44,643 nucleotides of DNA from an uncultured Janthinobacterium sp. (GTDB lineage Bacteria > Vulcanimicrobiota > Vulcanimicrobiia > Vulcanimicrobiales > Vulcanimicrobiaceae), in the NCBI GenBank assembly GCA_964658025.1, contig CAZZXB010000005.1:1-44643 (forward strand), given 5' to 3'. Shown here piece after piece: positions 1 through 8,801 of the stretch. How positions within the stretch are numbered: the first letter of the stretch is position 1; each line of letters opens with the position of its first letter. Under the pieces are notes generated by a model. The model ran no database searches and was not told where the DNA came from. It saw only the letters and a list, made by a program, of their open reading frames with translations. The position numbers were made by a program, and so were the translations under genes.

Positions 1-1672
1 CGACGACGACGAATTCGAAGACGACGAATACGACGGCGAGTTCGACGACGACGTGGACGGCGACGTCGACGATCGCATCGTCGCGACGCCGAGCGGCGCC
101 GCGATCTCGGGCGGGGCGGCCGCGGTCGCGCGCGGCGCGACGGGTGCGGCGACCGCCGGGGTCGCGGCGTCCGGCGCATCCGCCGCGATCGTCGGCGAGT
201 ACGAGCCGCGAACGCTCGCGGGCGATCCGCTCCAGCGCAAATACGCGCTGCCGAATCTCGATCTCTTCGATCCGCCGCAGGCGCAGATCGTCGACGACTC
301 CACGCGCTCGCAATTACTCGAAGAGACGCTCGCGTCGTTCGGCGTCGGCGCGAAGGTGACGCACGTCCAGCGCGGCCCCTCGATCACGCGCTACGAACTG
401 CGGCCCGAGAAGGGCGTGAAGATCTCGCGCATCACCGCGCTCGCCGACGATCTCGCGCTCGCGCTCGCCGCCACGTCGGTGCGCATCGAGGCGCCGATCC
501 CCGGGAAGTCCGCCGTCGGGATCGAGGTGCCGAACGCGCAGACCTCGATCGTCGCGATTCGCGAGATCCTCGACGCGTTGCCGCAGCGCGGAACCGTCCC
601 GCCGCTCCACATGGCGCTCGGCAAGGACATCACCGGTCGTCCGGTCTTCGGCGATCTCGGCAAGATGCCGCATCTCCTCGTCGCGGGCGCGACGGGGAGC
701 GGGAAGAGCGTCTGCCTCAACACGATCATCGCGTCGTTACTCGTCTCCGCGACGCCCGATCAAGTGCAGATGCTCTTCATCGATCCCAAGCGCGTCGAAC
801 TCACGGTCTACAACGGCATCCCGCATCTCATCAAGGAGGTCATCACGGACGCCCGGCTCGCCGCGGGCGCGCTGTTCGAGATGACCAAGGAGATGGACTC
901 GCGCTACGAGCGCTTCCAGAAAGCCTCGGTCCGCAAGATCGAAGAGTACAACGCGAAGTATCCCGACGAAAAACTGCCGTACGTCGTGATCGTGATCGAC
1001 GAGCTCGCCGATCTCATGCTCATCGCGCCCGCGAAGGTCGAGACGACGATCTGCCGCCTCGCGCAACTCGCGCGGGCGACGGGCATCCATCTCGTCGTCG
1101 CGACGCAGCGACCGTCGGTCGACGTGATCACGGGGATCATCAAGGCGAACATCCCGTCGCGGATCGCGTTCGCGGTGAGCTCTCAGGTGGACTCGCGGAC
1201 GATCCTCGACATGGTCGGCGCGGAGCGCCTACTCGGGCGCGGCGACATGCTCTTTCTCCCGATCGACGCGCCCAAGCCCGTGCGCTCGCAAGGCGCGTAC
1301 ATCACGGGGCCCGAGGTGTCGCGACTCGTCGAGTTCTGGGCGACGCAGGCGGCGCCCGAAAATCTGCTCGACGTCGAGGTCGTGCCGATCGAGGAAGACG
1401 ACAAGAAGCGCGAGGTCGATCCGCTCTGTTACGAAGCCGCGCGCTTCATCATCGAAAGCGATTTCGCGTCGACCGCGCAATTGCAACAGCGCTTTTCGAT
1501 CGGCCACCCGCGCGCCGTCCGCGTGATGAAACAACTCGAAGAGTTCGGCGTCGTCGGTCCGCACGAGGGTACCAAACCGCGTCGCATCAACATCGGGATC
1601 GGCGAGCTCGAAACGATCGCGGATCGGCTCGGCCGGGACGAACAGATGGGACTCGACCTGTCGGCGACGTGA
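1..1672 (+). CDS. ftsK: DNA translocase FtsK/SpoIIIE (5' partial; the reading frame is open to the window edge)
   Basis: The frame continues upstream of the ATG at 53 through an acidic D/E-rich linker. Walker A 'AGATGSGKSV', Walker B 'YVVIVIDELADLM' and 'VVATQRPSVDVITG' are present. The C-terminal gamma winged-helix is 'QLQQRFSIGHPRAVRVMKQLEEFGVVG'. Confidence 0.93.
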   Translation, partial: DDDEFEDDEYDGEFDDDVDGDVDDRIVATPSGAAISGGAAAVARGATGAATAGVAASGASAAIVGEYEPRTLAGDPLQRKYALPNLDLFDPPQAQIVDDSTRSQLLEETLASFGVGAKVTHVQRGPSITRYELRPEKGVKISRITALADDLALALAATSVRIEAPIPGKSAVGIEVPNAQTSIVAIREILDALPQRGTVPPLHMALGKDITGRPVFGDLGKMPHLLVAGATGSGKSVCLNTIIASLLVSATPDQVQMLFIDPKRVELTVYNGIPHLIKEVITDARLAAGALFEMTKEMDSRYERFQKASVRKIEEYNAKYPDEKLPYVVIVIDELADLMLIAPAKVETTICRLAQLARATGIHLVVATQRPSVDVITGIIKANIPSRIAFAVSSQVDSRTILDMVGAERLLGRGDMLFLPIDAPKPVRSQGAYITGPEVSRLVEFWATQAAPENLLDVEVVPIEEDDKKREVDPLCYEAARFIIESDFASTAQLQQRFSIGHPRAVRVMKQLEEFGVVGPHEGTKPRRINIGIGELETIADRLGRDEQMGLDLSAT

Positions 1673-2325
1673 GCGCGACGGGCGCGCGCGTCGCCGGCTC
1701 GAGACGCTCGCGCACGCGACTGCTCGCGGTCGTCGCCGTCGCGGCGCTCGCGTATCTCGCGATCGGGCTCGCCGTCGCGCACCGGCCGCCCGGGGCGATC
1801 GATCTCGTTCTCGCGCCGCTCGTCGGCCAAGCGACGCCGCTCGCCGCGCTCCTCACGAAGCTCGGTCGCTTCGAGGTCTATTTTCCGGTCTGCGTCGCCG
1901 TCATCGTCGCGGGTCTCGTCCGGCGCGTCTGGCTCGGGCGCGCGCTCTCCGCGGTCGCCTTCCTCATCATCGCCGAGTTCACGAGCGACGCGCTCAAGCT
2001 CGCGTTCGGTCGCGCGCGTCCGACGCATTGGCTCGTGACGCACGAAACGAGTTATTCGTACGCGAGCGGGCACGCCACGCTCTCGCTCGTCTTCTATGGA
2101 TTCTGGGCCTACGTCGCCGCCCGCTCCACGCTGCCGCGGCCGGCGCGCGCCGTCCTCGTCGTCGCGCCGCTCGCGCTCTCCGCCGCGATCGGTTGGTCGC
2201 GGCTCGCGCTCGGCGCACACTTTCTCACCGACGTTCTCGGGGGGTACGTGCTGGGCGCCGGACTGCTCGCGCTCGAAATCGCCGTCGTCCCCGAGCGTTT
2301 CTATCGATTCGGGCGAGAAAAGTAG
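1669..2325 (+). CDS. PAP2-family (type 2 phosphatidic acid / undecaprenyl-PP type) membrane phosphatase
   Basis: Tripartite PAP2 motif: 'KLAFGRARP', 'YASGH', 'SRLALGAHFLTDV'. There are several hydrophobic helices. The GTG start overlaps the ftsK stop (GTGA). Confidence 0.8.
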   Translation: MSATGARVAGSRRSRTRLLAVVAVAALAYLAIGLAVAHRPPGAIDLVLAPLVGQATPLAALLTKLGRFEVYFPVCVAVIVAGLVRRVWLGRALSAVAFLIIAEFTSDALKLAFGRARPTHWLVTHETSYSYASGHATLSLVFYGFWAYVAARSTLPRPARAVLVVAPLALSAAIGWSRLALGAHFLTDVLGGYVLGAGLLALEIAVVPERFYRFGREK

Positions 2326-2368
2326 GAGCCCGGCGAGCGATGTTCGTCGGCGAATTAAGGGTGTGTCG

Positions 2369-2394
2369 TCGCGCGCAACGGTGAACGCGCGCGA
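2369..2394 (+). terminator. GC-rich hairpin downstream of the PAP2 gene (TCGCGCGC - 10 nt loop - GCGCGCGA), followed by TTAGTCT
   Basis: A perfect 8-bp stem read directly from the sequence, 44 nt after the PAP2 stop. There is no long U-tract, so an intrinsic-terminator role is inferred. Confidence 0.4.
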
Positions 2395-2458
2395 TTAGTC
2401 TAAGAGAGGTACAGCGTCACGGGCCGAAGCGCCGTGGCGCGATGAAAGGCCCGTACCC

Positions 2459-3625
2459 GTGATGTTCGCGACCGACCCCGCGCTCCGCGCGATCGAAGAA
2501 AAAATCGATGCCGGAATCTCGCTCGACCGCCGCGACGGCGTCGCGCTCTTCGAGACGCGCGACCTGCACGCGCTCGGTCGCTTGGCCAAGGCGGCGAAGG
2601 AGCGCAAGAGCGGCAAGAACGTCTACTACGTTCTGAACCGCTACGTGAACTCGACGAACGTCTGTTATGCGAACTGCAAGTTCTGTTCGTTCGCGGTCGA
2701 CGAGTTCAAGGAACGCGACCGCGTCGTGCGGATGCCGAGCGACGAGGTGTTCGCGAAGGCGCTCGAGACCGGGAACAACTTCAACCAGATCCACATCGTC
2801 GGCGGCCACGACCCCAAGCAACTCTCGCTCGATTATTGGTTGCCGCTCATGCGTCGTTTCAAGGAAGCGTTGCCGCACGCGCAACTCTCGCTCTTCACCG
2901 CGGCCGAGATCGACTACATGGCGCGCCGCCACCGCCTCTCGTACGACGAACTGATCGGGCGACTCCGCGAGGCGGGTCTCGACAACATCAACGGCGGCGG
3001 CGCCGAAGTCTTCAGCGCGCGATTCCGTAAGGAAGTCTGCCCGAATAAGGTCGACGCGGCGCATTGGCTCGAAGTTCACGAGATCGCGCACCGTCACGGC
3101 ATCGCCTCCAACGCGACGATGCTCTACGGGACGATCGAGACGCTCGAGGAGCGCGCCGAGCATCTCATCATGCTGCGCGAATCGCAACAGCGCTCGCCCG
3201 GCTTCAACGCGTTCATCCCGCTCGCGTTCCATCCCGACGGCAACGAACTCTCGAGTCACGGTCCGACGAGCGGGCTCGACGATCTGCGGATGTTCGCGAC
3301 GGCGCGCTTGATGCTCGACAACTTCGATCACATCAAGGCCTATTGGATGATCCAGGGGCTCAAGGTCTGCCAGGCCGCGCTCGAATTCGGCGCCGACGAC
3401 ATGGACGGCACGCACGGCTCGACGGACGAAGAGATGATCTATCACGCGGCCGGCACGTCGTCGGGTCAGTACGTCGACGATCGCGAATTCCGTCGCCTCA
3501 TCGAAGAAGCCGGCTTCGTCGCCGTCCGTCGCAACTCGACGTACGACGTCTTCCCGCACGACTGGAAACCCGAAGACGGCGAGAACGGCGTCATCCGAGC
3601 GGGCGCGACGCTCGCTCCCGCGTAA
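2459..3625 (+). CDS. mqnE: Radical-SAM aminofutalosine synthase-like enzyme (MqnE-type; futalosine menaquinone pathway)
   Basis: Radical-SAM cluster motif 'CYANCKFCSF'. The N-terminus 'IEEKIDAGISLDRRDGVALFETRDLHALGRLA' and 'GFNAFIPLAFHPDGNEL' are typical of the MqnE/MqnC/CofH family. The gene is adjacent to mqnA. The MqnE versus MqnC assignment is from remembered family signatures and is not verified. Confidence 0.72.
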   Translation: MMFATDPALRAIEEKIDAGISLDRRDGVALFETRDLHALGRLAKAAKERKSGKNVYYVLNRYVNSTNVCYANCKFCSFAVDEFKERDRVVRMPSDEVFAKALETGNNFNQIHIVGGHDPKQLSLDYWLPLMRRFKEALPHAQLSLFTAAEIDYMARRHRLSYDELIGRLREAGLDNINGGGAEVFSARFRKEVCPNKVDAAHWLEVHEIAHRHGIASNATMLYGTIETLEERAEHLIMLRESQQRSPGFNAFIPLAFHPDGNELSSHGPTSGLDDLRMFATARLMLDNFDHIKAYWMIQGLKVCQAALEFGADDMDGTHGSTDEEMIYHAAGTSSGQYVDDREFRRLIEEAGFVAVRRNSTYDVFPHDWKPEDGENGVIRAGATLAPA

Positions 3626-3631
3626 CCGACG

Positions 3632-4462
3632 GTGCTCCGGTCCGGCCGTATCGTCTACACGAACGATCTGCCGATCTACGCCGCGTTCGACGAAGGCGCC
3701 GTCCGCTATCCGGGCGGTCTCGTCTCGGACGTTCCCGCGACGCTCAACGCGATGCTCCTGGACGGTCGACTCGATCTCTCTCCCATCAGCGCGATGCACT
3801 GGGCGCGTCACGCGGATCGTCTCGCGCTCCTGCCCGATCTCTGCATCGGCGCGCGCGACGACGTGTGGTCGGTCGTCTGCGTGAGCGCCCGACCGCTCGC
3901 GGAACTCGGCGACGTGCCGATCGCGGTGACGAAAGAGTCGGCGAGCGGACGGAACCTCTTGCGCGTGCTGCTCGAGCGGCGCTACGGCGTGCGCGCGAAC
4001 TTCGTCGAGAGCGACGATCCGTATCGCGCGGCCGCCGACGGCAAACCCGCGCTCCTCATCGGCGATCGCGCGATCGACGCACAACAGACGTTCACGTCGC
4101 GGATCGTCCACGATCTCGGGCGCGAGTGGCACGCGTGGACGGGTGCCGACATGGTCTTCGCCGTGTGGGCCGTCCGCCGCGACGCGCTCGCGGAGCACGC
4201 GTCGTTCGTGTCGGAGGCGCACGAGGCGCTCATCCGCTCCCGCGATTGGGGCGCCGCGCACATGGACCGCGTGATCGCGCTCGCGCAGGCGACGTATCCG
4301 CGCGCCGCGGGTTTCTACGCCGCATATTTCGCGACGCTCAATTTCGATTTCGACGCCCCCGCGCGCGCGGGTCTGCGGCGTTACGTGGAAGAGTTACACG
4401 CGGTCGGGGAGATCCCCGAAGTCCCGCGCATCGAACCGGAGGTTCTCGTTGTCGGTCGCTAA
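3632..4462 (+). CDS. mqnA: Chorismate dehydratase (MqnA-like, periplasmic-binding-protein fold menaquinone biosynthesis protein)
   Basis: About 276 aa. 'GRIVYTNDLPIY...LDGRLDLSPISAM', 'LLIGDRAID' and 'DLGREWHAWTGADMVFAVWAVRR' resemble the MqnA/VitK2_biosynth family. It sits between two mqn radical-SAM genes. GTG start. Confidence 0.78.
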   Translation: MLRSGRIVYTNDLPIYAAFDEGAVRYPGGLVSDVPATLNAMLLDGRLDLSPISAMHWARHADRLALLPDLCIGARDDVWSVVCVSARPLAELGDVPIAVTKESASGRNLLRVLLERRYGVRANFVESDDPYRAAADGKPALLIGDRAIDAQQTFTSRIVHDLGREWHAWTGADMVFAVWAVRRDALAEHASFVSEAHEALIRSRDWGAAHMDRVIALAQATYPRAAGFYAAYFATLNFDFDAPARAGLRRYVEELHAVGEIPEVPRIEPEVLVVGR

Positions 4463-5531
4463 TCTGCTCGAACGGGCCGCCACGGGCGGCCGTCTCACGG
4501 TCGCCGAGGGGATCGAACTCTACGAGCGCGCCCCCTTACACGAACTCGGCGCCGCCGCGCACCATCGGCGCATGCAGCTCTACCCGACGAACGACGTCAC
4601 CTACGTCATCGACACGACGATCAACTACACGAACATCTGTAACGTCCACTGTTCGTTCTGCGCGTTCTTCCGTCCCGAGAAGCACGGCGAGGGCTACACG
4701 ATGTCGCACGACGACGTCGTCGCGCGCGTGAAGTGGGCCGCCGATCAGGGCGCGACGCAGATCATGATCCAGGGCGGCGTCAATCCCGATCTGCGCATCG
4801 GGTGGTTCGAGGACTTGTTCCGCCGCGTGCGCGCGGAGTTTCCGGCCGTCGACATCCATTCGCTCTCGGTTTCGGAGATCAACGGGCTCGCGAAGGTGGA
4901 GAACCTCTCGCCGCGCGAGGTGCTCGAGCGTCTGCGCGCCGCCGGGCTCAAATCGTTACCCGGCGCGGGTGCCGAGATTCTCGTCGAGCGGGTGCGCCGG
5001 CGGATCAGCGCGCGCAAGATCACGCCGGACGCGTGGCTCGGCATCATGCGCGACGCGCAAGAACTCGGCATGCCGACGACGGCGACGATGATGTTCGGTT
5101 CCGTCGAAACGGTCGCCGAACGGATCGAACACCTCGAGGTGATGCGGTCGCTCCAAGACGAGACGAACGGCTTCACCGCCTTCATCCCGTGGTACTACGT
5201 CCCGTTCAAGACGCCGCTGCGCGGTCAGGAATCGACGGGTCTCGATTACTTGCGCGTGCTCGCGATCTCGCGACTCTATCTCGATAACTTCCCGCATCTC
5301 CAGGCATCCTGGTTGACGCCCGGCCTCAAGATGGGTCAGGTCGCGCTCTTCTACGGTTGCGACGACATGGGCGGCACGATCCTCGAAGAACGCGTCGTGA
5401 CGCTCGCCGGTTCGACGAACGAGGCGACGCGCGTCCAACTCGAAGGTCTCGTCACGGGCGCGGGGTTCAATCCGGTCGTGCGCGACACGTACTGGAACCT
5501 GCGTCCGGAGATGGCGCTCGCGACCGCCTGA
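4449..5531 (+). CDS. mqnC: Radical-SAM cyclic dehypoxanthinyl futalosine synthase-like enzyme (MqnC-type)
   Basis: 'VIDTTINYTNICNVHCSFCAFFRP', 'IMIQGGVNPDL' and 'GFTAFIPWYYVP'. TTG start overlapping the mqnA end by 14 nt. The MqnC versus MqnE call carries the same caveat as above. Confidence 0.72.
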   Translation: MSVANLLERAATGGRLTVAEGIELYERAPLHELGAAAHHRRMQLYPTNDVTYVIDTTINYTNICNVHCSFCAFFRPEKHGEGYTMSHDDVVARVKWAADQGATQIMIQGGVNPDLRIGWFEDLFRRVRAEFPAVDIHSLSVSEINGLAKVENLSPREVLERLRAAGLKSLPGAGAEILVERVRRRISARKITPDAWLGIMRDAQELGMPTTATMMFGSVETVAERIEHLEVMRSLQDETNGFTAFIPWYYVPFKTPLRGQESTGLDYLRVLAISRLYLDNFPHLQASWLTPGLKMGQVALFYGCDDMGGTILEERVVTLAGSTNEATRVQLEGLVTGAGFNPVVRDTYWNLRPEMALATA

Positions 5532-5579
5532 CCTTCGCGCGACGCGCCGAGGTGCGGGGTTCGACCCGAGTCGTCGTTC

Positions 5580-5608
5580 GTCGTCGACGCGTTCCGACGG
5601 TCGACGAC
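5580..5608. terminator. Hairpin between the convergent genes mqnC (+) and the LuxR-like gene (-): GTCGTCGAC - 11 nt loop - GTCGACGAC
   Basis: A perfect 9-bp stem read from the sequence, placed in the 132-nt convergent intergenic gap. A bidirectional terminator role is inferred. Confidence 0.4.
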
Positions 5609-5663
5609 CCGCTCGACTCGCGGTCGCGTTCGAACGCATCGACGCGGGCACCGAACTCCGGCG

Positions 5664-6236
5664 CTAGACCGCGCTCTTGAGCGGGAACGGGCTCGCGTAG
5701 ACGATGCTCGTGAGCGCCTGACGGCCCACGCAATTGAGCTTGCGCTCGAGCTTGCGCACGACGTCGGCCATCGCGGTCGCCGGTTGTCCGATGCGCTTCG
5801 CGATGTGCGGCAATTCGTATCCCGCGACGATGAGGCGCAGTAACTCCGATTCGTTTTCGTCGAGACGGAAGAGCGTCTCCACGCGAAACATCAGGCGCCG
5901 GAGCGTCGTGCGTTCGGTGAGGACGTGATAGTACGTCCCGGCCGGTCCGACGCTGCGCGAGATGCGGAGCGCGAGATCGGTCCCCACGAGCGCCGTCGCG
6001 ACGGGTCGTTTCGCGAAATCGTGCGTCGGTAACACGAGCCGGAGTTCCGCGACGATCGCGGGCTCGAGCGCGCTCTCGGCGGTCGGCTCGCCGAGATCGG
6101 ACGACGACGCGCCCGTCATGACGAGATCGAAGTTCGCGTCGATCACGTCGAAGCGACGGACGAGCGTCGCGGGTACGGGCGTCCGGCGCGGCGGCGGCGC
6201 GGGGTAGAGCTGTAAGGCTGAGAGCGCGTCGATCAT
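5664..6236 (-). CDS. Small regulator with a C-terminal LuxR/GerE-type HTH and an unassigned N-terminal domain
   Basis: The C-terminus 'ESELLRLIVAGYELPHIAKRIGQPATAMADVVRKLERKLNCVGRQAL' fits the LuxR-type HTH pattern. Amino-acid composition is normal, unlike the overlapping +strand ORFs. There is no receiver-domain signature. Confidence 0.55.
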   Translation of the reverse strand: MIDALSALQLYPAPPPRRTPVPATLVRRFDVIDANFDLVMTGASSSDLGEPTAESALEPAIVAELRLVLPTHDFAKRPVATALVGTDLALRISRSVGPAGTYYHVLTERTTLRRLMFRVETLFRLDENESELLRLIVAGYELPHIAKRIGQPATAMADVVRKLERKLNCVGRQALTSIVYASPFPLKSAV

Positions 6237-6253
6237 ACGCCGTTATTATTCGG

Positions 6254-6292
6254 CCGAAGGAGGTGCGAATCTCGCGTTACAGACCTCCTCGG
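6254..6292 (-). terminator. Hairpin between the mnmA stop and the LuxR-like start (10 bp with a 1-nt bulge, 18-nt loop)
   Basis: CCGAAGGAGGT ... ACCTCCTCGG pairing read from the sequence. It lies 53 nt downstream of the mnmA stop on the minus strand. It could be a terminator or a regulatory hairpin for the downstream gene. Confidence 0.35.
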
Positions 6293-6344
6293 AGAGGACT
6301 GTTATGCGCTTCACCACTTCGCCTTTACAAAAGCGTGTGGGTCT

Positions 6345-7445
6345 TTACAGAGCGGCGGAGATCGTCGCGGCGCCGAGCGTTTCCGGCGTCACGGAATCGT
6401 AGAGCGCGACGAGTTGCCCGGGTGCGACGGCACGCTCGGGGAGGTCGAAACGCACGCGCAACGCGCCGTCTCCGTCGAGCGACGCAAGCGCGCCCGCGAG
6501 CGGTGCGCGATAGCGCGTCATCGCGCGCACGCGCACGGGGCCGTTCGCGAAGCGTTCGGGCCGGATCAGGTTCACGTCCGTCGCGAGCAGTTCGAGCGAA
6601 CCGAGTTCCTCCTCGCGACCGATCACGATCGTGTTCGTCGCCGGATCGATCCGCGTGACGTAGCGCGGGCCGTCGTTGAAGTGCGTCGGCGGGAGACCGC
6701 GCCGCTGACCGACCGTGAAGCCCGAGATCCCCGCGTGTCGGCCGACCGTTTCGCCCGCCGTCGTGACGACGACGCCGCCCGGTTCGCGGACGCCGCGCGC
6801 CCGATCGAGGACCGAGCGATAATCGCCGCCCTCGACGAAGCAGATGTCCTGCGAGTCGGGCTTCGCGACGACGGGGAGACCGAAGCGCTCGGCCTCTTCG
6901 CGCGTGTGCGATTTCGCGGCGTCGCCGAGCGGGAGGAGCAAGCCGTCGAGTTGCTCGGGACGCAATTGCGCGAGCGCGTACGACTGGTCTTTCTCGGCGT
7001 CGCCCATGAACAGGTGCGTGCCGGCCGAATCTCGCTCGAGGCGCGCGTAGTGACCGGTCGCGACGTACCGGGCGCCGATCCGATCGGCGAAACGGCGCAG
7101 CGTCCCGAGTTTGACGAAGTTGTTGCAGGCGACGCACGGATTGGGCGTGCGGCCGGTCCGGTAGTCTTCGGCGAAACGCTCGACGACGGTCGTGCGAAAC
7201 GCCTCTTCGAAGTCGAGCACGTAGTGCGGGATGCCGAGGATCGCGGCGCTGCGACGCGCGTCGTCGAAATCTTCGGCCCCACAGCACGATTTCGCGGCGG
7301 CCGGACGGGTGGGAGCGTACATCTTCATCGTCACGCCGACCACGTCGTAGCCGCGCTCGCGCAAGAGCGCCGCGGCGACGGCGGAATCCACGCCGCCGCT
7401 CATCGCGGCGACGACGCGCACGGACGGGCTGGCATCGGTCGTCAT
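6345..7445 (-). CDS. mnmA: tRNA-specific 2-thiouridylase (tRNA 5-methylaminomethyl-2-thiouridine synthesis)
   Basis: PP-loop '[18 protein letters not shown]', '[15 protein letters not shown]' and 'YVATGHYAR'. The full-length 366 aa is typical of MnmA. Confidence 0.93.
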   Translation of the reverse strand: MTTDASPSVRVVAAMSGGVDSAVAAALLRERGYDVVGVTMKMYAPTRPAAAKSCCGAEDFDDARRSAAILGIPHYVLDFEEAFRTTVVERFAEDYRTGRTPNPCVACNNFVKLGTLRRFADRIGARYVATGHYARLERDSAGTHLFMGDAEKDQSYALAQLRPEQLDGLLLPLGDAAKSHTREEAERFGLPVVAKPDSQDICFVEGGDYRSVLDRARGVREPGGVVVTTAGETVGRHAGISGFTVGQRRGLPPTHFNDGPRYVTRIDPATNTIVIGREEELGSLELLATDVNLIRPERFANGPVRVRAMTRYRAPLAGALASLDGDGALRVRFDLPERAVAPGQLVALYDSVTPETLGAATISAAL

Positions 7446-7489
7446 TCGCCTTACAGGATAACCGATGGGCGACGCAAACTCCAGAGCGC

Positions 7490-8230
7490 ATGCCAGGAGT
7501 GGGTGATGAGTTTCGCGCTGCGCGTGAAGCGCGCCACCTTTCCCTGTCGGACGTTTCCGAGCAGATCCACATCCGCTCCGTCTACCTCCAGAGCATCGAA
7601 GACGAAGACTACGGCGCGATCGGCGCGCCCGTGTACGTGCGGGGCTTCATCCGGACGTACGCGCGATTTCTCTCGCTCGATCCCGAACGCGCGGTCGAAG
7701 CCTTCAACGGAAGCGCCGGACGCGGCGGCGGCACGTCGTCGCCCGCGACCGACCACGGCGCCTCGTACGCCGCGCTCGGGCGCGGGCGACGTCCCTCGGC
7801 GTGGATCTGGGGCGGCATCGTCGTCGCCGCGATCCTCGTCGGATTCGTCGGCTACAACCTCGTGTCGCTCCGCATGGACGGCGCGCGCGCTCCCGTCGTC
7901 GCCGACGCGACCGCGGCGCCGAGTCCGGCCGCTTCGTCCGCGACGCCCTCGCCGACGCCGACCGTCGTCGCCACGGCGAAGCCCGTCGCCGTCCGGACGA
8001 TGAGCGTGCGCCTCACGCAGTCGTCGTGGCTGCTCGTCACGATCGACGGGAAGCACGCCCTCGAGGGCACGTATCCGGCCGGTACGCGGAAATCGTTCGT
8101 CGGCGACGTCGCCCAGATCCGCGCGGGGAACGCCGGCGGCGTCGAGCTGACGGTCAACGGGCGCGATCTCGGCACGATGGGCCATTCGGGCGACGTCGTC
8201 ACGCGGCGCGTCGCGCTCGCGAAAGTCTAA
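7490..8230 (+). CDS. rodZ: RodZ-like cytoskeleton/shape protein (XRE-type HTH + TM helix + DUF4115-like C-terminal domain)
   Basis: N-terminal HTH '[34 protein letters not shown]...[13 protein letters not shown]'. One TM helix '[20 protein letters not shown]', then a Pro/Ala/Thr linker. The C-terminus '[16 protein letters not shown]...[19 protein letters not shown]' matches RodZ architecture. The start could instead be a nearby GTG. Confidence 0.78.
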   Translation: MPGVGDEFRAAREARHLSLSDVSEQIHIRSVYLQSIEDEDYGAIGAPVYVRGFIRTYARFLSLDPERAVEAFNGSAGRGGGTSSPATDHGASYAALGRGRRPSAWIWGGIVVAAILVGFVGYNLVSLRMDGARAPVVADATAAPSPAASSATPSPTPTVVATAKPVAVRTMSVRLTQSSWLLVTIDGKHALEGTYPAGTRKSFVGDVAQIRAGNAGGVELTVNGRDLGTMGHSGDVVTRRVALAKV

Positions 8231-8232
8231 CC

Positions 8233-8721
8233 GTGGCGGACTTTTCGTTCGACGTCGTCTCGCGCGTGGACGAGCAAGAACTCGACAACGCGCTCAACCA
8301 GACGCGCAAGGAGATCGAGGGCCGCTTCGATTTCAAGAACTCGAAGACGACGGTCGAGCACGTCGCGGAAAAGATCACGATCACGACCGACGACGAGCTC
8401 AAGCTCAAGAACGTCGTCGACATGCTGCAGAGCAAGGCGAACAAGCGCGGGATCTCGCTCAAGGCGTTCGAGTTCGGGAAGGTCGAGCCCGCGGCGGGGA
8501 ACGCCGTGCGCCAGGTCGTCACGGTGAAGAGCGGCATCGCCAAGGACAAATCCAAGACGTTCGTCGAGGCGATCAAGGCCGCGAAGCTCAAGGTCTCCGC
8601 GCAGTATCAGGACGAGCAGATCCGCGTCTCGGGCAAGAGTAAGGACGACTTGCAGAAGGCCCAGCAGTTGCTCAAGGGCCTCGACACCGACGTGCCCCTG
8701 CAGTTCACGAATTATCGTTAG
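8233..8721 (+). CDS. yajQ: YajQ family (UPF0234) nucleotide / cyclic-di-GMP-binding protein
   Basis: 'ADFSFDVVSRVDEQELDNALNQTRKEIEGRFDFKNS...' is the canonical YajQ N-terminus. I place the start at the in-frame GTG at 8233, giving about 162 aa. The track ORF beginning at 7801 is an Arg-rich artefactual extension overlapping rodZ. Confidence 0.9.
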   Translation: MADFSFDVVSRVDEQELDNALNQTRKEIEGRFDFKNSKTTVEHVAEKITITTDDELKLKNVVDMLQSKANKRGISLKAFEFGKVEPAAGNAVRQVVTVKSGIAKDKSKTFVEAIKAAKLKVSAQYQDEQIRVSGKSKDDLQKAQQLLKGLDTDVPLQFTNYR

Positions 8722-8801
8722 ATGAGGAACCGCCCCCGGCGCCCCGTACTCCCGGGACTTCCGTGCGGTCCGGGAGAAGGGCGGCCGACGTGTCTTCCAT
8801 C

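Noticed and set aside
2417-4261. A 614-aa minus-strand ORF antisense to mqnE/mqnA. Similar long antisense or alternate-frame ORFs include 3064-4731 (+), 14042-15868 (-), 19873-20901 (-), 25633-26718 (-), 28268-29293 (-), 32925-34079 (-), 36353-37471 (-) and 42930-44498 (-).
   Set aside because: Their composition is extremely Arg/Asp/Glu/Val/His-rich with no recognisable motifs. They overlap genes that have unambiguous family signatures. Long stop-free antisense frames are expected at about two-thirds GC.
5545-5575. A tRNA-like T-loop motif, 'GGGGTTCGACCCG', in the mqnC/LuxR intergenic region.
   Set aside because: Only a 4-bp stem with a 6-nt loop can form. No acceptor, D or anticodon arms can be built from the flanking sequence, and the T-stem is not the canonical 5 bp plus a 7-nt loop.
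7801-8232. N-terminal extensions of track ORFs: the yajQ ORF from 7801, the kinase from 12108, GT2 from 20766, the YbjQ-like gene from 21158, GT4 from 28091, RND2 from 34613, the cupin to 39763, VOC to 40359, alkA to 43252, and the membrane protein from 42077.
   Set aside because: The extensions are Arg/Pro-rich, overlap neighbouring real genes, and precede internal starts where the family-typical N-terminus begins, often with an RBS or a 4-nt stop/start overlap.
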